Shown here in pieces: positions 54,449 through 64,000 of a DNA stretch of 64,000 nucleotides. Source of the stretch: Myxococcota bacterium (GTDB taxonomy: Bacteria; Myxococcota; XYA12-FULL-58-9; JALHOP01); assembly GCA_041288095.1 (NCBI GenBank), contig JBGGMJ010000187.1:1-64000 (forward strand), given 5' to 3'. The stretch's first letter is position 1, and each line of letters begins with the position of its first letter. The notes beneath the pieces are model-generated. The model saw only the letters and a program-made list of their open reading frames with translations, was not told the origin of the DNA and did no database searches. Position numbers and translations under genes: made by a program.

Positions 54449-55908
54449 GGGGCCTCCCCGTTTTCTTTCGGCGCGGGCCCCGGGACCTGGTCGGGCTGGG
54501 GCGAAGGCGCGGGGGCGGCTACCTCGGTGTCGTCACTCGGCGCGTCCGCTTCAGCGGATCCTACGAGCTCGGGCTCGGGCACGGCGGCAGCGGCTTTGGC
54601 CCGCGCGGCCGCCTCGGCGAGCGGCTGCGTGTCGGGGAAATTCGGAGGCTCGGGCTTCACCTTCGGGATGGGGAGTGTGCCCTTGGCGTGCATATCGAGC
54701 ATCGTCGTCAGCGCGTAGTCGAGGCCGAGGTCGACGTCTTGGTCGCACAGCTTGACCCCCTCGACGTAGAACTGCGGGGTCAACACCTGCATTTGGTTCT
54801 TCACCGCCCACCGCAACGACTTGTTCAAGCGGGTACGCACCGCGGCCGAGCCGATGCAGTTGCGCAAGCGTGGAAACGCGGCGCCCGCCATACGGGCGGC
54901 GGCATTCGTGTCCTTGGCCGCCGCTTCCTTGATCGCATCTTGGTGCTCGAAAGCCCAGGCGACCACCGCCGGTGCCTGATCCCCGGCGCAGAGCACGGCC
55001 TCGCTGACGGCGCAGGCGCCCGGATGCACGGCGCTGCCCACCATCCAGTTGCAGGTGTTGTCGAGCGGGAACAAGAGGCCTTGCCGGGAGAAGCGCGTCG
55101 CGAGCCCGGAAGCGCCGAAGCGCTCTTCGAAGGCGCGGCACGACGGGCAGAGTGGATCGAGCACCTCGATAGCGGACACGGCGGAGGGTGAGCCCCCGAG
55201 CGGGACCATCACTTTGTACGAGTCTTGGGGCCAATCGAGCGCGCCGCAGCTCGCGACGCGTTCGCGATGGTCGGGGACGACGAGCACATAGGCGAGTGTC
55301 GGCAGCGCGACGAAGGCGACGCCAAGCGCGAACATCCACCAGAGAGCCGGTGTGACCGGCGGCTCGGGCCGGGACGACTGCCAGTCTTCGGCCTCAGCGG
55401 CGGAGGCTGACCGCCGCGCCAGCGCCTCGCGCCACAGCAAGACCGCGCCGCCCAAGCCGACGGCGCTCGAGACGTAAATGCCAATGCACAACTTGCACGC
55501 CGCCCCGAGCGTGGCGAACGAGATGATGCCCATGAGCACCGACATGAGCGCGGGCAGTGCGAAGCCGAGAGCCAAGAAGCCCGTCGCCTTGCGATCCGCG
55601 TGGCGTCGCGACAAGCCGATCTCGAGGGTCCAGAAGAGCAAGAACGCGAAGACCCCCATCGCGGGCAGCGAGATCGGCACCCCACCCCACAGCGCCGTGC
55701 GAAACACCGACGAGTAGGGGCTCATCATCGTGACCTGACAGCCCGAGCTGCCGCTCGCGTCGGCGGCAGCGAGGCCCGGCACGAACGAGCAGTGAATTGC
55801 GTGCACCTCGCGGTCCAAGTGCTGCGCGAAGTCGTAGGTGGCGAACGACGCGAAAGCGAAGCCGAGAAGCGCGGCCAAGCCAACCGCGAGGAGATAGCGA
55901 TGGCGCAA
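54445..55908 (-). CDS. VKOR family protein fused to a DsbA-like thioredoxin domain
   Basis: C...C....SPYS, GVP and CKLC (VKOR); DPLCPSC and TP motif (DsbA); TTG start after GGGGGAAG. Confidence 0.85.
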   Translation of the reverse strand: MRHRYLLAVGLAALLGFAFASFATYDFAQHLDREVHAIHCSFVPGLAAADASGSSGCQVTMMSPYSSVFRTALWGGVPISLPAMGVFAFLLFWTLEIGLSRRHADRKATGFLALGFALPALMSVLMGIISFATLGAACKLCIGIYVSSAVGLGGAVLLWREALARRSASAAEAEDWQSSRPEPPVTPALWWMFALGVAFVALPTLAYVLVVPDHRERVASCGALDWPQDSYKVMVPLGGSPSAVSAIEVLDPLCPSCRAFEERFGASGLATRFSRQGLLFPLDNTCNWMVGSAVHPGACAVSEAVLCAGDQAPAVVAWAFEHQDAIKEAAAKDTNAAARMAGAAFPRLRNCIGSAAVRTRLNKSLRWAVKNQMQVLTPQFYVEGVKLCDQDVDLGLDYALTTMLDMHAKGTLPIPKVKPEPPNFPDTQPLAEAAARAKAAAAVPEPELVGSAEADAPSDDTEVAAPAPSPQPDQVPGPAPKENGEAP

Positions 55909-55994
55909 GGTCTTCCCCCGGTGGGTGTTGAAGCCAATCGTCCCCGAAAACGGACGTGCCGGCAACAAAGCCTCAATCGCGTTATGCTGCACCT

Positions 55995-57893
55995 ATGCTT
56001 CGGTTCGTTTTCCAGTGGGTCTTCTGGCTCTCGGTCGGCCTGGCGCTTGCCGAGGGCGCCCTTTGGCTCCGTGACGACGGCGCGTTCCCGCACCTGAATA
56101 TCTACGTCGAGGATGCCGAGCTCGGCGTGCGCTTGCGGCCGGGAGCGACTCAGCGTGTCCGCTTTGGCGGCGGCCCGACGACGCGCGTGCGTATCAACAC
56201 GCACGGCTACCGCGGCGCCGAATGGCCGGCGGACCTTCGCGACGCCATTGCCGTGCTGGGCGATTCACAGGTGTTCGGCTTGGGCGTCGACGAGGCCGAG
56301 ACATTCAGCGCCCGCCTCGCCGGGCTCTCCGGCCGCACGGTGCTCAACGCCGGCGTGCCCACTCTCGGTCCGCCCGAGATGCTGCGGATCGCGCGCGAGC
56401 TCGTCGCAACCCAGAAGCCCCGCACCTTGATCTTGACCATCAACCTGGCCAACGACCTCTTCGAGATCCGTCGGCCAAACCGCGAGCGACACCGCGTGTG
56501 GGACGGCTGGGCGGTACGTGTCGAGACGGCGCCGGAGACCACGATCCCGTTCCCTGGGCGCGACATCCTCACGACCAAGTCCCACTTCATCTACGCGGTG
56601 CGGCAGCTGAGCTACGAGAAGAAGGCCGCAAAGGCCGCCCCCTTGTCGCTGCCCTCCGAGGGCTCTTGGAGGGATCTGCTGGCGCTCGAGACCCCGAGCG
56701 CCGATGCACCGGCGACGCCGCCACCCGCGCAGGCGGAGCGCGGCAACCCAGTCGACATCGTCGCCGCGTCTCTCATCGGCGAGGCAGCGCGCTCGCCTGA
56801 GCTCTCCGCCTTCCAGCTGCAGCGCGCGTTACACGCCCCGCACGCTCATCCGCTATCGCCACTCGATGGCATCCTCGGCGACATCGTCAAGCTATGCCGC
56901 CCTCCGAGCTGCGAGCCGATGCTCGTGGTGCTGCCGTTCGATCTGCAGGTGTCACCCGACGAGTGGCGCAAATACGAGCTCGAGCCGCACAACCTCGACG
57001 ACCTTCAGCCGCTCACCGATCAGCTCGTGCGGAGCGCCATCGCTTACGGCATCCGCGCCGTCGATGCGACGCCGATACTACGCGCTAGCGAGCCTGGCGC
57101 GTTCTTGAGCCGCTCCATCCATCTGACACCCAAGGGTCACGCGGCGGTGGCTGGCGCAATTCACGACGCGCTCGCCGAGCCCGCACCGCTTCCGCGGTCG
57201 ACCGGAGCGCTTCCCGAGGGTCGCACTCGGGCGCCTACCCTGGAGAAGCTCCGCGGCGCCGCCGCAATCGTCATTCGCGGAGCGGGCAAGAGCGGCTGCG
57301 AAGCGGTCCAGGTGGACGAATGGCTGCGCGTACGATGCCGGCGCGGACCGCGCAACGTGCCGCGCCGCATCGCCGTCGTCACCGGGAGCAGCGACGCCTT
57401 CATCAACGTCGCGAGCGAGGCCATGAGCATCGTCACTCCCGTGCTCGCCGGCGCGCCGCTCACCGTCGACCTGGCCTGGGCGGATCACACGCAACGCTTG
57501 CAGGCAACGCGCGGCGCGAACGGCAAGATCTCCGCTGGCCTCACTCCGCCAAAGCGGGCAGTGGCGGCGGCGCTCCCCGCGAGCTCCGAGCAGGAGATGC
57601 TCTGCGCCTGTGCGCGTCTGGTGACCCCGGCCAACGACTGCGGTGACCTCCACGGATCGACGCGCCCTCACTGCTTTACGACCTACCCCGTCAAGCAGCC
57701 CGAGCTCGAAGCCTGTCAGCATCTCCTCGCGTGTGCCCAGGGCGCTCCCGAAAGCCCACCATCGTGCCCCGACGGCTACACCATCGCGGGCGGCACCCGT
57801 CAGTGTTTTCCTCAGTGCAGCGAGGCTGTTCCGTGCAAGTTAGGGCAATGCGTACCCTGGCCGGGGACCCAGGTTTGCATGGGCCACCAATGA
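55995..57893 (+). CDS. SGNH/GDSL hydrolase-like protein with Cys-rich C-terminus
   Basis: N-terminal TM; RINTHGYRG, LGDSQVFG, LNAGVP, NLANDL and IHLTPKGH motifs. Confidence 0.8.
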   Translation: MLRFVFQWVFWLSVGLALAEGALWLRDDGAFPHLNIYVEDAELGVRLRPGATQRVRFGGGPTTRVRINTHGYRGAEWPADLRDAIAVLGDSQVFGLGVDEAETFSARLAGLSGRTVLNAGVPTLGPPEMLRIARELVATQKPRTLILTINLANDLFEIRRPNRERHRVWDGWAVRVETAPETTIPFPGRDILTTKSHFIYAVRQLSYEKKAAKAAPLSLPSEGSWRDLLALETPSADAPATPPPAQAERGNPVDIVAASLIGEAARSPELSAFQLQRALHAPHAHPLSPLDGILGDIVKLCRPPSCEPMLVVLPFDLQVSPDEWRKYELEPHNLDDLQPLTDQLVRSAIAYGIRAVDATPILRASEPGAFLSRSIHLTPKGHAAVAGAIHDALAEPAPLPRSTGALPEGRTRAPTLEKLRGAAAIVIRGAGKSGCEAVQVDEWLRVRCRRGPRNVPRRIAVVTGSSDAFINVASEAMSIVTPVLAGAPLTVDLAWADHTQRLQATRGANGKISAGLTPPKRAVAAALPASSEQEMLCACARLVTPANDCGDLHGSTRPHCFTTYPVKQPELEACQHLLACAQGAPESPPSCPDGYTIAGGTRQCFPQCSEAVPCKLGQCVPWPGTQVCMGHQ

Positions 57894-58445
57894 TTAGTGC
57901 CCCAGCAAGAGCTCCCGCTCCGCGAGGCCCAAGCCCATACGCGTAACTTCCCACGCGACGATGATGTCGCGCAGTTGCGCCGCCTCGGTCTTGAGCTTCT
58001 TCGAGCGGCGGCCAAGGTATTCGGCGACGAAGCCGTCGAGCTTGTGCGCCAAGAACGCACTGGCAAGGACCGTCTTGGCATCATCGATGTACTCGGTGAA
58101 ACGCATGCCGAAGCCGGACTTCAACTTGGACGAAGGCCGGCGCTCGTCGATACGCACCTCGCGGACGATCATCCCCCGCACCCGCACCATCCGATCGTCA
58201 CCGGGCATCTGGAACTCGAGGTCGAGCACCGTGCCCGTCTTCAGAAAGAAATCGGAGGCGAAGAAGATACCTGTGAGGCTGATGTCGGTGGTGTAGATCC
58301 GAGCGCTGAACTCACGGTCGCGAGTCTGCACGCGGAGCTGCACCGGGACGCTTTGCTCGACGCGCGGAAACCTTCGTTTGTCTTCTTTGCGTGGTGCCAC
58401 GGCTCGGGAGCCTCCGTCTTCACCAACCGCTAACGCATCCATCAA
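57894..58445 (-). CDS. PilZ domain protein
   Basis: RRFPR (RxxxR), DISLTG (DxSxxG) and GFGMRF. Confidence 0.9.
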   Translation of the reverse strand: MMDALAVGEDGGSRAVAPRKEDKRRFPRVEQSVPVQLRVQTRDREFSARIYTTDISLTGIFFASDFFLKTGTVLDLEFQMPGDDRMVRVRGMIVREVRIDERRPSSKLKSGFGMRFTEYIDDAKTVLASAFLAHKLDGFVAEYLGRRSKKLKTEAAQLRDIIVAWEVTRMGLGLAERELLLGH

Positions 58446-58478
58446 TCGCGGCGCAATGGCGATCTCGAGCCGTCGCTC

Positions 58479-61400
58479 TCACGTCGCCTCGTCGCCGTCG
58501 GTGGCGCTCGAGCACTGCTCCTCGGCGGGATAGTCGACGACGCCGTCGTCGTCGTTGTCGAGGTCGTCATCGCAGACGTGCGCCGGACCGCGCTCGCTCA
58601 CGTCGTAGAAGCCCGTGCAGCCCGCGTCGCCGCTCGACGAGCGGAAGTCGGGCGTGCCGTCGCCGTCGTTGTCCAGACCGTCATCGCAGGGCAACCCTGA
58701 TGCGGTCTCGCTGTCGTCCGTCGAGCCGTCGAGGCAGCCTGGGTCGCCGCTTGCCCCGCCGAAGTCCACACGGCCGTCACCGTCGTCGTCGATGCCGTTG
58801 TCGCAGAGCAAACACCCCAAGGTACCCGGGACGCAGCGTTCGTTGCCGTCCGCGAGTGAGGTGCATCCTGGGTCGCCGACGTTCGGATTGATGTTGAAGT
58901 CGACGCGGCCGTCGCCATCGTTGTCGATGCCGTCGTCACACACGCTCGAGCCCCGCTCACTAGTGTCACTGGAGCTCGAACAGCCGGGGTCCCCAGCCAC
59001 ACCCCCAGAGTCGATGAGGCCGTCGCCATCGTCATCGACGTTGTTGTTGCAGGCCGCTTGTCCGCCGTTCTCGCTGGCGTCGCTGGGACCGACGCATTGG
59101 GGATCGCCGCTGCCGTTCACCACGTAGTCTTTCAAGCCGTCTTGTTGACCTTCGTTATCAGCGTTGTCGTCGCAAGCTGGGCATCCGGTAGTGCCCCGCA
59201 CACAGCGCTCGCTGTCGTCCCCGGGCCCATCGCAGCCTGGATCGTGAGCGCCTGCGCTGAAGTCGATGACTCCATCACTGTCGTTGTCGATGCCGTCGTC
59301 GCATGCCGTCGACCCACGCTCGCTGATGTCGCCCGGGCTGCCGCAGCCAGGGTCCGTGAGCGCCGTATCGACCACGCCACCGGCGGTCACGTGGACGTCG
59401 GCGCGACCGTCGTTGTCGTTGTCGAGGCCGTCATCGCACATGAAACCATTTTGACGCTCACTCGCGTCGCTTGGATCCATACATCCAGGATCGGAGAGCA
59501 CCGCGTCGACCACACCGGCGGTCACGCGAAAATCGGCGCGGCCGTCGGCGTCGTTGTCTTGCCCGTCGTCGCACTCGTTGGCGCCACGCTCGCTGTCGTC
59601 GCCGGGTCCACTGCATCCCGGGTCGGACAACGCCGGGTTCACGTTGTAGTCGCTTCGGCCATCATTGTCGTCGTCGGTGCCGTTGTCGCAGGCCGGACAA
59701 CCGACACCAGGCGCGCACTTTTCGCTAGCATCCGGATCGGCCGGCGAAGCGCAGCCGGGATCGCCGCCGCCGATTGCCGAGAAGCCGACGAGCCCGTCGC
59801 GATCGTCATCCACTCCGTTATCACAGACAAGTGTCGGCTCGCGCTCGCTCAGATCCGCGAGGCTCGTGCAACCTGGGTCCCCGTTTCCGTCGTCGCGAAA
59901 ATCGGCGCGGCCGTCGCCGTCGTTGTCGATGCCATCGGCGCAGGCTGAATAGCCCGTCTCGTCAATGTCCACGGCGCTCGTACACTGCGGGTCGCCGCTC
60001 GCGTCGAGTCGGAAGTCGATCGCGCCGTCGGGAATGGCCTCGTTGTCGATGCCGTCGTCGCACGCGGCGCAGCCGACGCCCGGCGTGCAGCGCTCGCCAT
60101 CATCGATGGGGCTCGAGCAACCAAGATCGCCGGTGCCGTCGAGACGGAAGTCCCGGGAGCCGTCACCGTCGTCGTCGACTCCGTTGTCGCAGACCGCGCA
60201 GCTCGGCTCACCGCAGCGTTCGCTAGCGGCGATGAGCGACGTGCAGCCGGGATCGCCGCCGCTCGCGCGGAAGTCCTTGAGCCCATCGTTGTCCTCGTCG
60301 ATGCCGTTATCGCAGACTTGATCCGGGGTCCCTACCTCGCTCGCGTCGCTCAAGCTTACGCAGCCGGGATCACCAGAGGTACCATCGTCGATGAAGTCGG
60401 CTCGACCGTCACCATCGTCGTCGACGCCGTTGTCGCAGACATCGACGCCGCGCTCGGCGGTCGCGGACGTCGGCAGGTTGTCGCGTGGGCTCGTACAGCC
60501 GGCGTCGCCGCTGCCGTCGCTTTGGTAGTCGGTGCGCCCGTCGCCGTCGTTGTCGATACCGTCGTCACAGACATCGTTTCCGAGCTCGGACGGGTCCGAT
60601 GGGCTATCGCAACCGGGATCGCTGCCGGCCGCCGGCGAGCCCAGACCACCGTCGACATAGTCGGCGATGCCGTCCCCGTCGTCGTCCAGGCCATCGTCGC
60701 AGGCCAGAGTGCCGCGCTCATTGGCGTCGGTCGATGTCGAGCATCCCGGATCGTTGACGTCGACTAGACCGTCGGCGTCGTTATCCGAGCCATCGCTGCA
60801 GGCCGGGAGTCCGCCTTCGTCGTTATCGTTCGGTCCAGTGCATTCGGGATCACCGATGTCGTCAAGGCGCGCATCGATCAAGCCGTCCGCGTCGGCGTTG
60901 TCGATACCGTCGTCGCACAAGGGGCAGCCCAAACCTGGATCGCATCTTTCGCTGCCGTCCGTCGGGCCGCCGCAACCTGGGTCGCTGACCTGGTCATCGA
61001 CGTTGAAATCGCCGCGACCATCGCTGTCGTCATCGAAGCCGTTGTCACAAGCGAAGCCGCCGCGCTCGGACAGATCGAGCAACGAGTCACAGCCCTGATC
61101 GCCCATGCCGGCGGGATGGAAGTCGGCGAGGCCGTCGTTATCGTTGTCGTTGCCGTCGTCGCAGACGCGCGAGCCGCGTTCGTTGTCGTCGAACGGAGAG
61201 TCGCAGCCCGGGTCGATGAGAGTCGCGTTGACGTTGAAGTCGTGGCGGCCGTCGTCGTCGTTGTCGATGCCGTCGTCGCAAGCGAGCGCGCCACGCTCCG
61301 ATGAGTCGAGCACGGTGCCACACCCGGGGTCACCCCTGCCGTCGATGGCGAAGTCGGACCGTCCGTCGCCGTCGTTGTCGACTCCGTCATCGCAGACAAC

Positions 61401-62285
61401 CGTGCCGCGCTCGCTGGTATCGCTGGGACCATCGCAGCCTGGGTCGTTGGAGGCACCCTGGCCGGCGTCGACGAGACCGTCGTTGTCGTCGTCGATGCCG
61501 TCATCGCAGGCGTTGGCGCCATGCTCCGAGAAATCGAAGATGTCGGCGCAGCCGGGGTCGCCGCGCTCGTCGATGCGAAAGTCGGGGTGTCCGTCGCCAT
61601 CGTCGTCGATGCCGTTGTCACAGGGGAGCGCGGCGGCATCGCCCCGCTCACTGGTGTCTCCAGCGGCGGCACAGCCGGGGTCCTCCGCGTCGGCAAGCCC
61701 GTCTCCGTCGTCGTCGATGGCGTTGCCGCACGCGGGCGCGAAGCGCGACACACAGGTCGTCTGCGAGCCAATGAGGATGCAGACGAAATTCTGCTCGATG
61801 AAGCAGTACGGGTCGCAGCCATCTCCCGATGAGCCGTTGCCGTCGTCGCATTCCTCGACACCGAGGCTCGTGATGCGGTCGCCGCAGGTCGCGGCCGCAC
61901 CGAGCATCACCGTCGCCTCGAGGAGTTGCCGCCGTCCAAGCGTGAGCTCGACGAGCCCCGATGCGACGATGGCGCCGGCTCGAAGCCCATCCGCCCGCAG
62001 GATCATCGGGCGGCCGGCATTCTCGTCGTCGAAGACGATGACGACGGTGGCGGAGGCCCCCTCCAGGGGAGCGGGCTGCTCGGGGCGGACGATCGGAGCA
62101 AAGATGTTGCCGCCGCCGTGCGCGAAGTTGGCGTAGATCCGCACCTGGTCGAGCCCGCTCGCGTCCGCGAAAGCGATGGTCAGCTTGACCGCGGTCACGA
62201 CCTCCGTCTCGGGGTCCGGCCTGCACGCGATGGCGGTGGTTAGCGCCAAGCTCAACACGAGGGTGAGTGCGCGCTGTATCGTCAT
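58479..62285 (-). CDS. giant Asp/Cys-rich repeat lipoprotein (about 27 CDDGxDNDGDG..D..DPGC repeats plus DUF4215)
   Basis: lipobox AIAC; ATGA overlap with the TPR gene; CGD..EECDDGN..GDGC; repeats counted by eye. Confidence 0.85.
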   Translation of the reverse strand: MTIQRALTLVLSLALTTAIACRPDPETEVVTAVKLTIAFADASGLDQVRIYANFAHGGGNIFAPIVRPEQPAPLEGASATVVIVFDDENAGRPMILRADGLRAGAIVASGLVELTLGRRQLLEATVMLGAAATCGDRITSLGVEECDDGNGSSGDGCDPYCFIEQNFVCILIGSQTTCVSRFAPACGNAIDDDGDGLADAEDPGCAAAGDTSERGDAAALPCDNGIDDDGDGHPDFRIDERGDPGCADIFDFSEHGANACDDGIDDDNDGLVDAGQGASNDPGCDGPSDTSERGTVVCDDGVDNDGDGRSDFAIDGRGDPGCGTVLDSSERGALACDDGIDNDDDGRHDFNVNATLIDPGCDSPFDDNERGSRVCDDGNDNDNDGLADFHPAGMGDQGCDSLLDLSERGGFACDNGFDDDSDGRGDFNVDDQVSDPGCGGPTDGSERCDPGLGCPLCDDGIDNADADGLIDARLDDIGDPECTGPNDNDEGGLPACSDGSDNDADGLVDVNDPGCSTSTDANERGTLACDDGLDDDGDGIADYVDGGLGSPAAGSDPGCDSPSDPSELGNDVCDDGIDNDGDGRTDYQSDGSGDAGCTSPRDNLPTSATAERGVDVCDNGVDDDGDGRADFIDDGTSGDPGCVSLSDASEVGTPDQVCDNGIDEDNDGLKDFRASGGDPGCTSLIAASERCGEPSCAVCDNGVDDDGDGSRDFRLDGTGDLGCSSPIDDGERCTPGVGCAACDDGIDNEAIPDGAIDFRLDASGDPQCTSAVDIDETGYSACADGIDNDGDGRADFRDDGNGDPGCTSLADLSEREPTLVCDNGVDDDRDGLVGFSAIGGGDPGCASPADPDASEKCAPGVGCPACDNGTDDDNDGRSDYNVNPALSDPGCSGPGDDSERGANECDDGQDNDADGRADFRVTAGVVDAVLSDPGCMDPSDASERQNGFMCDDGLDNDNDGRADVHVTAGGVVDTALTDPGCGSPGDISERGSTACDDGIDNDSDGVIDFSAGAHDPGCDGPGDDSERCVRGTTGCPACDDNADNEGQQDGLKDYVVNGSGDPQCVGPSDASENGGQAACNNNVDDDGDGLIDSGGVAGDPGCSSSSDTSERGSSVCDDGIDNDGDGRVDFNINPNVGDPGCTSLADGNERCVPGTLGCLLCDNGIDDDGDGRVDFGGASGDPGCLDGSTDDSETASGLPCDDGLDNDGDGTPDFRSSSGDAGCTGFYDVSERGPAHVCDDDLDNDDDGVVDYPAEEQCSSATDGDEAT

Positions 62286-62971
62286 GGAGTGGTTCGGGTG
62301 TCGATCGTCTGGAGATCGCCCCGCGGCGGCACGGTCGCGGCGTCGCGCGTCGCCAAAATCACGCTCGTCGCCGCGACGGCGACCACGGTGCCCGCGGCCG
62401 CCCAGAACCACCACTTCGCGTAGATGGGTGTCGGTGGCGGCGGCGCGGACATACGCAGGCGCTCGACATCGAGCTCCGCCTGCTTTGCCGCCGCGACCCG
62501 CGAGTGCTCTTGCAGCCGCATCGCCAGCTGCTCGTGCTGCCGCTCCGCGCCATCCGCGCGGATCCGCTTGTCCTCGGCCGCGGCCTGGGCTGTCCTTGCC
62601 TGGTGAAGGCGCTGCTTCACCAACGCGCGCTGCTTGGCGTCGAGATCGTTACCGAGTGACAACTCGTAGAAGAAGATGGCGCGCTCGTGATCGCCGAGCT
62701 CGAAGTGGCACTGGCCGATATTGAAGAGCAGCGCCGGCATCGGCTTGGCCTCGTAAGCCTTTGCGTAGCCGTCGAGTGCCTCTTTGAAGCGGCCCAAGGC
62801 AAAGCTGGTCTCAGCCGCCTTGAAGCGGGCTCGCGCGGTGCGCGTCGCCTCGTCCTCGACCGGACGTGGAGCAGCGGCGTGCGCGTTGGCGGACAGGAGC
62901 GCGGACACCAGCGCTACCGCGACGAGGCGTCGTGCGGTCGCCGGGATGGCTCCGCGTGGGGGGGACTTCAT
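62282..62971 (-). CDS. secreted tetratricopeptide-repeat protein
   Basis: signal peptide; F..GRF.EAL..Y..AY...P.PALLFNIGQC; P.Y.KWWFW TM-like segment. Confidence 0.8.
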   Translation of the reverse strand: MKSPPRGAIPATARRLVAVALVSALLSANAHAAAPRPVEDEATRTARARFKAAETSFALGRFKEALDGYAKAYEAKPMPALLFNIGQCHFELGDHERAIFFYELSLGNDLDAKQRALVKQRLHQARTAQAAAEDKRIRADGAERQHEQLAMRLQEHSRVAAAKQAELDVERLRMSAPPPPTPIYAKWWFWAAAGTVVAVAATSVILATRDAATVPPRGDLQTIDTRTTP

Positions 62972-63031
62972 TCGCCGAGAGGCGCGTGCCTGATCGTACC
63001 GAGGGAGTCAATGCCACGGCCTTGGGACGGC

Positions 63032-64000
63032 TTACCTGCCGAGCTTCCAGTCTTCGGGCACGGCGACGTTGAAATAGAAGTCGACTTGGCTGGTCTTGCC
63101 GCGGGGCACGTCGAGCTTCCAGGTGACGAACCCGCGGTCGGTATCGATTTTGGCGCCCGCGGTGCTGCGCTTGTCGTCGAGCCGGACTTCGATCTCCGAG
63201 CGCTTGGACACCGGAAAATGCTCACGGATCTCGACGCTCTCCGCCCGGGTTCCGCCGTTGCGGACCGTCGTGCGGAAGCCGCGCTCGATGGTGCGCTTGG
63301 AGCCGAACAAGGGGGCTTCCTTGTGCATATCGATGAGCGCCACCCGCTCGAGGTGCAGCTCGTCGTCCGTGCCGAGGGAGACCTCCATGGGCGCGCCCGG
63401 CGCCGTGTAAGGGAGCTGCGAGTCGCCCACGTAAGTGCCGTCGCGGAAAGCGTGGAGCGTGCCCGCCGGCAGTGCGAAAGGGGCCGGGCTCTTCAGGGAG
63501 ATGACCTGGTAGACGTGCGCGGCGAGCTTGGAAATGGCGACGAGCTTGGAGTTGGCCTTGGTGGCGAATGACTCCGCGGGAAACCACTGCCTCCGCCCAT
63601 CGGAGACGACATTCACGGGTTTCTTGAGTTGGAGGCGAAAGGCCACGCCGCCGTCCTCGACCGTAACCCCATCACCTGTGCCGTCGCTCGCGGCCCCGCC
63701 GCCCTCACGCAGACGCTGGCGGCGCTCACTCCCCTCGACCACGACGCGCTCTTCTTGGACCTTCGCGCCGCTCACCACGATGGGCGCGAGCTCAGGAGCC
63801 GCGGCTCCGAGACTCGGCTTGGCGGTGGTGAGCGCCAGCATGACTCCAGACCAGTCTTCGCCAGTCGTTTGGCGCACGACGGCGCTGATGACGAGCTCGG
63901 CTTCGCCGTCGCCGTTCTTGCGACCCGGCGGGCTCGTGAAGCGAATATCGTACTCAGGCGCCCACGTGGCGCCCTGCACGACATAGCTCAAGGTGACGCG
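63032..64000 (-). CDS. DUF4139 / mucoidy inhibitor MuiA family protein (5' end outside window)
   Basis: SY.V.GATWAPEYD, VRQTTGEDW, SDG and LG.D motifs. Confidence 0.85.
   Translation of the reverse strand, partial: RVTLSYVVQGATWAPEYDIRFTSPPGRKNGDGEAELVISAVVRQTTGEDWSGVMLALTTAKPSLGAAAPELAPIVVSGAKVQEERVVVEGSERRQRLREGGGAASDGTGDGVTVEDGGVAFRLQLKKPVNVVSDGRRQWFPAESFATKANSKLVAISKLAAHVYQVISLKSPAPFALPAGTLHAFRDGTYVGDSQLPYTAPGAPMEVSLGTDDELHLERVALIDMHKEAPLFGSKRTIERGFRTTVRNGGTRAESVEIREHFPVSKRSEIEVRLDDKRSTAGAKIDTDRGFVTWKLDVPRGKTSQVDFYFNVAVPEDWKLGR

Noticed and set aside
58479..61740. CRISPR-like periodicity in repeat-rich DNA (also 33050-34000)
   Set aside because: The repeats are degenerate, in frame and protein-coding, with no identical repeat-spacer pattern and no cas genes.

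Overview
High-GC bacterial chromosome segment, most likely Myxococcota or a related deltaproteobacterial lineage, judging by the MYXO-CTERM-like signal, myxobacterial Cys-rich repeats, CglB/MtsD-like VWA lipoprotein, and rny with 6S RNA. The housekeeping part comprises aspS-glpA-glpB-ferredoxin-DAGK, a coupled 6S RNA-ygfA-rny-2x antiporter-rel operon, tRNA-Gln(CTG) and an ABC-F. It is interleaved with many large Cys/Asp-rich surface lipoproteins, an ECF sigma/FecR module and a VKOR-DsbA/OmpA-like/TlpA disulfide operon. The most striking pattern is a sigma-28 (FliA)-like promoter motif, G(C/A)A(A/C)(C/G)-N16/17-CGA(T/G)(A/T)N. It lies upstream of six scattered transcription units encoding proteins with no Sec or lipoprotein signal peptide: four HEXXH metallopeptidase-like proteins, a lipase and a Trp-rich repeat protein. 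I infer a candidate sigma-28 regulon of type-III/flagellar-route exported lytic effectors. Other observations include a 19-23 bp dispersed intergenic repeat in 3 copies, a C-terminal Hint-domain protein, a two-heme Cys-rich rod lipoprotein and an in-frame MYXO-CTERM/lipoprotein fusion. No CRISPR array, integrase or transposase was seen. All family assignments are from motif recognition by eye, not database searches.
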